A stretch of DNA of 64,000 nucleotides from Candidatus Kaiserbacteria bacterium (GTDB lineage Bacteria; Patescibacteriota; Minisyncoccia; Phycocordibacterales; UBA2100), in assembly GCA_027083345.1 (NCBI GenBank), contig JALWOZ010000008.1:5006-69005 (forward strand). Direction: 5' to 3'. Below the pieces are notes generated by a model that saw only the letters and a program-made list of their open reading frames with translations, was not told the DNA's origin and did not search any database. The position numbers and the translations under genes were made by a program. Shown in pieces: positions 58,203-64,000 of this stretch (positions are counted from its first letter, which is position 1; each line of letters starts with the position of its first letter).

Positions 58203-58805
58203 TTATCCTGTCCATGTTGTAGACAAAGTATTAAGATCAAATATGTCTACTTTACCATCACAGTTGGTGTCTCCGGTACTGTCAGTAGCTGTTGAGCTAC
58301 CAAAGTTTGCAGATAATATATTAAGATCAAATATGTCTACTTTACCATCGTTGTTAAAGTCAGCATCAGATGTACAAGATGCAGGTGGCACAACACCTCC
58401 ACCACCACCTCCCCCACCACCACTGGCAGGAGCAGATCCTGAGTTTATAGTATAAGAGTAAGATGCCACACCAGACTCGGCTCCTCCAGGGTAACATGCT
58501 ATAGCCTTAAGAGTAAGTGATGCAGACACATTTACTGCTCCACTGTAGAGTGTGCCTGCTCCAGAACAACTTGGTGTTGAGCCATCAGTTGTGTAGTAGA
58601 TAGCTGTTGAGCCTGTGCTTGTGAGTGTTACGCTTTGCGCTCCGGTGTATGTCCCCGCCGGCGGGTTTGCCAACGGGTTGGACATTACCGTGCCTGTTAC
58701 ACCTGTTTGTACTCCCGTTGAGAGCGTACCGGTCTGCTCTGAGGCAAATACTGGTGTAGAAGTAATTGCGAGGAGCAGAAATGTTGTGAATATATATTTC
58801 TTCAT
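58203..58805 (-). CDS. Secreted protein with CHB_HEX_C-like (Fn3-like) domain, poly-Gly linker and C-terminal dockerin-like double repeat
   Basis: PPAGTYTGAQSVTLTSTGSTAIYYTTDGSTPS...; GGGGGGGGG linker; DFNNDGKVDIFDLNILSANFG and DTNCDGKVDIFDLNTLSTTW match the D.N.DG.V...D...L pattern of dockerin calcium-binding repeats. Confidence 0.6.
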   Translation of the reverse strand: MKKYIFTTFLLLAITSTPVFASEQTGTLSTGVQTGVTGTVMSNPLANPPAGTYTGAQSVTLTSTGSTAIYYTTDGSTPSCSGAGTLYSGAVNVSASLTLKAIACYPGGAESGVASYSYTINSGSAPASGGGGGGGGGVVPPASCTSDADFNNDGKVDIFDLNILSANFGSSTATDSTGDTNCDGKVDIFDLNTLSTTWTG

Positions 58806-58832
58806 AATCTGTTTTTAATTATCTCCCCACTT

Positions 58833-61800
58833 TTATAATGACCTCACTCCGTAACTTGTTGAGTATGAGCCACTTGTTGTACCGACCGGTACTTTCATCT
58901 CTACATATACTGTTACCTGGCGACCTCCCTTGCTTGCATCTTCATCAATTGCTGATACGTCGATGTTTGTAGCTGGATACGCTCCATTTGCTGTAATAGC
59001 TGTCCAAGTTGCGTCATCTACTGAGTAGCGCATATTGTTTGCCGCGTCAAGCGTATTTGTGCCACTTACCCATTGGTCAAACTTCATTGCAAGGTTAGTC
59101 TCTGTAAGGTTATTAAGTGTGATGTTGAACTTCCACTTCCAACCATTTGCATAAGTGTCGTCTGCCACAGCGTAGCTCTTTATAGCCTGTATTGAGTCTA
59201 CTGAGAGTCCTGTACTTGATGCCGCTGTAGTAAAGCTCATTGGTATTGAGTAACTTGTCTGACCATTTTTTACAAAGCGTACTTGGTAGTAGTAAGTAGT
59301 GTTTGCAGTTAGGCCACTTAGAGCTTGTGAACCACTTGCTCCACCTATTGTCATAGCTGTCCAAGTGCCACTATATGGTGTGATTGCCACGCGATAGTCT
59401 CCGCTTGCCGGTGTAGCGTCTGTCGCCCAGTCTATCTGTGCAGATGTATCTGCCACAGCTGATACTGAGAGCCCTGTTAGGTTGATAGCCCCACCTTGTG
59501 CTGTCTGCTGTGTGTAAACCTTTACACGCTCGTTGCCTGCTGAATCCTTTACACTTACTCGTACATAGTAGAGCGTATCTGACGTTAGTCCACTTACTGT
59601 CTTTGAAAGAGGCCCTGCAGCATACGCTGCACTGTATGCAACTGTCTGGTCTATTGAACCAAAGTTTGAGTCAGTGTCTACCTCTATCTTAACGTCGAAG
59701 CTCTCGTCGGCAGATGTAACTACGTCGAATCCTGCACTAACTACATTTGCAAAGCTTGATGTAAAATCAGGTGCTGTAGTATCTAAACATGCTGAAGTTG
59801 TAAATGTTGCATTGCTTGTTGGAGTTGCAAGATTACCACTTGCATCCCTAGCTGCTACTTGGAAGTTATATGTAGTACCGCATGCTAGTCCACCAAGTGT
59901 AATACCGTTGTTACCATTTGACATTGTTTGCCATGTTGTAACATTACCATAGCTACTTGTTGTTCCGTAGCTTACCTTTGCTTCTCCTGCCTCGTCGGAA
60001 GTGAAATTAATTGATGCGCCAGTTTGAGTTATAGCTGTTACAGCCGGAGATGTAAGAGCTATTGTTGGTGCTGTTGTGTCGTTAGGATTTACGACATGTA
60101 CTGTTAGTGAAGCATCTTTTTCATTGCCCACTGCGTCTTTGACTGTAATGTTGAAGTTGTGAACTCCAGCAGACATTGATGAATCTGAGTACGTAACAGT
60201 AAGTGTTGTTCCAGATAGGTTTATGCTTGTGTTTGCCGAAGCCTTAACATCAGACCCGTCCATTGTGAAGCTCACTACATTATTTCCTGCAGTGGCATCA
60301 AATGCCGTATCATCTGTAAAGGTAAACACTACATCCGACACGCTTCCAACTGTTTGCTCTATACTTGGTGCTGTGCTTGTTAGAGTAGGTGCTGTTGTAT
60401 CTGTCGCTGTTGCTGACTCATCCACGGTAAGAATACCACTTTGAACTCCGTTGTTGCTGAGATCGTATGCTTCTGCGTAGTATTTTGTTTGAACACCTTG
60501 TGGTAGGTTTACCAAGACCTCCCAATGCCCTTCTGTAGGACCAAAGGTAAATGTGCCTACTTCTACATCGTTTGTTCCAGATGGCGATCCTCCAACCATG
60601 CGGAATACCTTAACGAGTTTGTAATTTGAGTCAGTTACATTACCTGTGATATTGTATGTGTCTGCGTCAATGTTTACTGTTGTTCCAGCTCCGTCTAATG
60701 TGATAACCGGTGCAGTAGTGTCGCTGGAGACACTAAGCGTCTCTGTTAAGATATCGTTTGAGCCATTACTGTCTTTATCAAGTGGCTCGTCATTAACAGT
60801 ATCTTTACCGACAACATAAACATTGTAAGTATTTCCTCCGGCTACACCAGGTATCGCGCTTGGCACAATTGTCTTTTTGTATGTCTTTGTTTTGCCACCG
60901 TTTGAGATTTGGTCTTCTGTCATTGCCCCAAGGTCAACTGCTGAGCCACCCACTTCAATATAGAGCTCAGCTCCGTTTGGTGCCACATCGTCATTTACCG
61001 TAGCGGTAATCACTACCGGTATATTCATTCCCGCTGCAGCAGGTGTAACTTCAAGTCCTGTTGTTTGCGGATAAGTTGAATCCACAACCACATCCATAAC
61101 AAGCCCGGAAAGAATGTGCATCACATTTCCGCTTGTGTCTTGCGCGTCGTTATTTGAATGGAATGTGTATGTTCCGCTTGCAGGAGTTCCTGACTCTATA
61201 TGTGCAGTTGCACCATGGGTAGAATCAAAGTATGTGCCTGTCCACTTGTTGCCCGTAAAGTAATTTGTGGCAGCTGGAGATGTTGCCGCTATCTCATGCC
61301 CGGCAACACCAAACAATGAGGGGAAACCTAATGTTCCAGATCCAGTAAGAGTATGTGCTCCCGTCTCCATATCCTCAGAGAAAGTAAGTGTCACATTTAC
61401 ACTATCACCAATACCAGCTGGGTTAGCTACAGCGCTGAATGCAGTAAGCACTGGCTGTGCACCATCTGTAATTGCTGTATTTGTCTGAGCAACTGCTTGG
61501 TTGTTCATCCAGTCTTTTACAACTCCTGCGACATAAGTAATGTCTAGGGGTGCTGTAGTTTGATCTACGTCTGATGAATCCAAAGATAACCCGATTATTT
61601 TATTATTGGTTGGGTTTGCAGGACCATTTGGTACCGTTACGCTTGACACTGTAATTTCTGCACCATTTGGTGCCACTTTAACTGTGTAATCACTGCCCGT
61701 AGTTGAGCTAGTTGTCACATCCTCAGAGTACACAAGAGTCATTATTGCAGTGTTACCACTTCCGTCTCCGGTTGTCTTTGTTAGTGGGTCTGCTGTGAGA

Positions 61801-63980
61801 AGTACCGGCGCTGCCTTGTCCACAATCTCTGCATGTACCTGCGATATGAGAGTGTTATTTATATTACTTGCAGAATCTTGTAGGGAGAATGAATTTTGAG
61901 TGTCAAATGTGATACTTACAGTATCATCACGAGTGTCTACAGGAGTCGCCGGTGTACCAAGAGGTATTGTCACATCACTTCCACCAACTGTAAGTAAGTC
62001 TGTTGCATTAGATCCAAATGCCATATTTGTAAAGTCTCCAACACTTGTAAATACAAGATCATTAGCACTTAGAAAAGAAGATGCTGTGACATATTCTGAG
62101 AAGAGCAATTTAACACTATCAATTTTACCATCCCCATTACCATCAAGATATTGAAGCTCTTTGATTTGCGGTTTTGCCTTATCATTTGCATAAACTGCAC
62201 TTATGTCTGCTAACTTATTGCCAGCCGGGTCTTTAATATCGTCGCCTCCATCGTTTGTATACTTGTAGTGCATTTTATGTGTACCAGAAACAACTGATGG
62301 CACTGAATTAAAGTATAGTTTTGCATAATCATCATAAGAGTCATGGTCAACAGCAAGAACATCTACTTGCTCACTGAATTGATCAAAGTTCTCCCATGTA
62401 TTAGCCCCATCTGAGCTTAATGCCCAGTCCGCTACCGCATTGGATGTAAATGTAGCATCATCCATATACTCTGAGAATTGAAGCTCGAGAGTATCTACGA
62501 TTCCGTCCGGAGATGTACCTCTGTCAACAGTTGCTGTGTCTATTACAACCGGTGCTGCGGCGTCAACCATTGTAGTTGCCCCTGAGGCTATCGCTGTCCA
62601 TAGGTTGCCTGCGGCATCTTGCAACGTGTCTGTAGTGTTGTAAGTGTAAGACCATGTTGGCTCTGAACCTCCATTTGCTCCCGTTTGGTTTGTGGTCGCG
62701 CCTGCTGTGGTAAAGAATACATTGTCATCTCCATCTCCAACACCCCCAATTGCGTTAGGGTTTGTAAATCCCGTAAGAGCTCCCGATGAAGTAATTGCTG
62801 TTCCGGCCTCTATGTTTCCAAAAGATCCATGCGGCGTAATTGATATGTCTTCAGAGAAATACACCCTAAACCTATCCACACTTGATAGAGCTGACGGGTC
62901 GTTGAAGTACTCAGTCTTAATGGCAACGGGAGCTGCACCATCTGCCGGTGTGCTGTGGCTACCCGGGTCAGCTTGAGTAAGCTCATTTCCAGGTAGGTCT
63001 TTTACAGATTGACCAGATGATATTGCCATAAGAGGAGTTGCGTCTGTGTCCGGAGTGCCGCTCTCGGGCATTGCCAGAGTTACAAATCCTGCAGGTGCTT
63101 CTATTGCCGTTGTTATAGGCGTATGTCCGTTAACCGTAAAATCACCAGCTCCCAGCGCACCACCGTCTATATCCTCAGAAAATTGCACATACATTGTGTC
63201 TATCTGCCCATTGCTATCCGCATCATCTGTTTTTGAACCAACTATAGCAGGTTTTGCCCCGTCTGTCGCCGGAGCTGAAGCATACGCATTTGCAATATTT
63301 GTTGCAGGGTCCGCAAGAGTGCCCGGAGTGTAGGCGACATTTGATGTATCGTCTGTGTCACAACCTGTCTGGTCTGTGAAATCACAAGTATTTGCATTTT
63401 CTGTTACAGGTATTGTGAATGTATCATCTGTATTTGTTGTTGTGCTCCATGTACCGTTCGCTCCCAAAGTGTAAGAACCGTATGTGAAGCCCGTTGTGCT
63501 AGTGATTGAGTTGTCCATAGTCTCGTCAAACACAACTATAAGCTGATCTACCTTACCGTTACCATCTGAGTCGTTTGTAGTGGCTGATGATATTGTTGGT
63601 TTTGTATTATCAACCGTAAAGGCCGCGTCACTCTCATCGTTGATTGCCGGAGAGTTTACAACTACTTTTATCAAGCCGTTTGCTGACTCTGTGTTAGGAA
63701 TTGCCGTCGTATCCCAAGACCATGTGCCAACACTTGCTGTTATAGAACTGCCGGTGTATCCAACACCTTCCCATGTTGTACCTCCGTCTGGAGAATACAA
63801 AATGTCATTGACCGTAGTATCTGAACATTTTGGAGATACCCCATCGTCAGTACATATCCAAGTGATGCTTTGTGTAGCGTTCCAAGCTTCACCTCCGTTT
63901 GGAGCTGTTACTGTCACACTGCTAATAGCAGCACTGGCAGTTTGTGCCATTGCGAAAAGCGCAACGGCAAATATCGCCAT
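58833..63980 (-). CDS. Giant (1715 aa) secreted Thr/Ser/Asp-rich surface protein with multiple Fn3-like/Ig-like repeats (adhesin-like)
   Basis: Signal peptide MAIFAVALFAMAQTASA. Several Fn3-like modules (e.g. TAPTIALTSPAVTAITQTGASINFTSDEAGEAKVSYGTTSSYG...TTYNFQVAARDASGN; ...LTSDTLYYVRVSVKDSAGNE; ...LTANTTYYYQVRFVKNG). T/S/D/G low-complexity throughout. Confidence 0.7.
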   Translation of the reverse strand: MAIFAVALFAMAQTASAAISSVTVTAPNGGEAWNATQSITWICTDDGVSPKCSDTTVNDILYSPDGGTTWEGVGYTGSSITASVGTWSWDTTAIPNTESANGLIKVVVNSPAINDESDAAFTVDNTKPTISSATTNDSDGNGKVDQLIVVFDETMDNSITSTTGFTYGSYTLGANGTWSTTTNTDDTFTIPVTENANTCDFTDQTGCDTDDTSNVAYTPGTLADPATNIANAYASAPATDGAKPAIVGSKTDDADSNGQIDTMYVQFSEDIDGGALGAGDFTVNGHTPITTAIEAPAGFVTLAMPESGTPDTDATPLMAISSGQSVKDLPGNELTQADPGSHSTPADGAAPVAIKTEYFNDPSALSSVDRFRVYFSEDISITPHGSFGNIEAGTAITSSGALTGFTNPNAIGGVGDGDDNVFFTTAGATTNQTGANGGSEPTWSYTYNTTDTLQDAAGNLWTAIASGATTMVDAAAPVVIDTATVDRGTSPDGIVDTLELQFSEYMDDATFTSNAVADWALSSDGANTWENFDQFSEQVDVLAVDHDSYDDYAKLYFNSVPSVVSGTHKMHYKYTNDGGDDIKDPAGNKLADISAVYANDKAKPQIKELQYLDGNGDGKIDSVKLLFSEYVTASSFLSANDLVFTSVGDFTNMAFGSNATDLLTVGGSDVTIPLGTPATPVDTRDDTVSITFDTQNSFSLQDSASNINNTLISQVHAEIVDKAAPVLLTADPLTKTTGDGSGNTAIMTLVYSEDVTTSSTTGSDYTVKVAPNGAEITVSSVTVPNGPANPTNNKIIGLSLDSSDVDQTTAPLDITYVAGVVKDWMNNQAVAQTNTAITDGAQPVLTAFSAVANPAGIGDSVNVTLTFSEDMETGAHTLTGSGTLGFPSLFGVAGHEIAATSPAATNYFTGNKWTGTYFDSTHGATAHIESGTPASGTYTFHSNNDAQDTSGNVMHILSGLVMDVVVDSTYPQTTGLEVTPAAAGMNIPVVITATVNDDVAPNGAELYIEVGGSAVDLGAMTEDQISNGGKTKTYKKTIVPSAIPGVAGGNTYNVYVVGKDTVNDEPLDKDSNGSNDILTETLSVSSDTTAPVITLDGAGTTVNIDADTYNITGNVTDSNYKLVKVFRMVGGSPSGTNDVEVGTFTFGPTEGHWEVLVNLPQGVQTKYYAEAYDLSNNGVQSGILTVDESATATDTTAPTLTSTAPSIEQTVGSVSDVVFTFTDDTAFDATAGNNVVSFTMDGSDVKASANTSINLSGTTLTVTYSDSSMSAGVHNFNITVKDAVGNEKDASLTVHVVNPNDTTAPTIALTSPAVTAITQTGASINFTSDEAGEAKVSYGTTSSYGNVTTWQTMSNGNNGITLGGLACGTTYNFQVAARDASGNLATPTSNATFTTSACLDTTAPDFTSSFANVVSAGFDVVTSADESFDVKIEVDTDSNFGSIDQTVAYSAAYAAGPLSKTVSGLTSDTLYYVRVSVKDSAGNERVKVYTQQTAQGGAINLTGLSVSAVADTSAQIDWATDATPASGDYRVAITPYSGTWTAMTIGGASGSQALSGLTANTTYYYQVRFVKNGQTSYSIPMSFTTAASSTGLSVDSIQAIKSYAVADDTYANGWKWKFNITLNNLTETNLAMKFDQWVSGTNTLDAANNMRYSVDDATWTAITANGAYPATNIDVSAIDEDASKGGRQVTVYVEMKVPVGTTSGSYSTSYGVRSL

Positions 63981-64000
63981 TGTTATTGTAGCAACTGTTT

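Noticed and set aside
58395-58430. G/C-rich tract (ccacctccaccaccacctcccccaccacc) encoding Gly9 as a possible slipped-strand phase-variation site
   Set aside because: Not a pure homopolymer or simple repeat (mixed GGT/GGA/GGG codons), so slippage is unlikely. Interpreted as a flexible linker only.
1-64000. CRISPR arrays / cas genes, rRNA genes
   Set aside because: I scanned for regularly spaced direct repeats and rRNA-like conserved stretches and found none. The only tandem repeats are coding (YSNYGSK) or short operator-like repeats.

Overview
This window reads as a low-GC, gene-dense bacterial chromosome of CPR/Patescibacteria style (inference from the short 4-domain S1, many secreted Thr/Ser-rich surface proteins, sortase and a TraD-like ATPase). 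Housekeeping genes recognised from protein motifs are thrS (3' part), rpsA, pth, lepB, bS21, ybeY, ftsA, ctpA, lepA, murJ, mnmA, bL25, infC-rpmI-rplT, RNase J, ndk, pepF and bL21. Four accessory blocks sit between them. (i) 1988-8228 is a cell-surface locus. It holds a sortase, three paralogous secreted proteins sharing a Cys-bracketed ~75-aa domain, and a Tat-signal L,D-transpeptidase. Two of the paralogs end in an identical (D/N)APYTG-hydrophobic-basic tail. A ~400-bp visibly GC-rich insert in the same locus encodes a small secreted protein. A CARDB-domain protein (7191-8228) lies just downstream. (ii) 25998-~35565 is an integrated element. It starts at a tRNA-Glu(CUC) whose 3' end is overlapped by a large serine recombinase gene. 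Its cargo is a small-terminase-like HTH protein, a KAP P-loop NTPase, a PG-binding protein, an SLT_2 lytic transglycosylase, an AGOG-like glycosylase and a HAD-like hydrolase. (iii) 47548-55331 is a surface-glycan biosynthesis cluster (flippase, FkbM methyltransferase, GT32/GT2/GT4, polyprenyl-phosphate sugar transferase, UppP). (iv) 57368-63980 contains a cohesin-like / dockerin-like gene pair followed by a 1715-aa Fn3-repeat adhesin. Smaller items are a HisRS-like protein lacking catalytic motif 2, an ATP-cone-Mrr nuclease fusion, and an orphan MazF-fold toxin preceded by a promoter-structured RNA-terminator module. Several strong hairpin terminators are also present. No CRISPR array or rRNA was seen.
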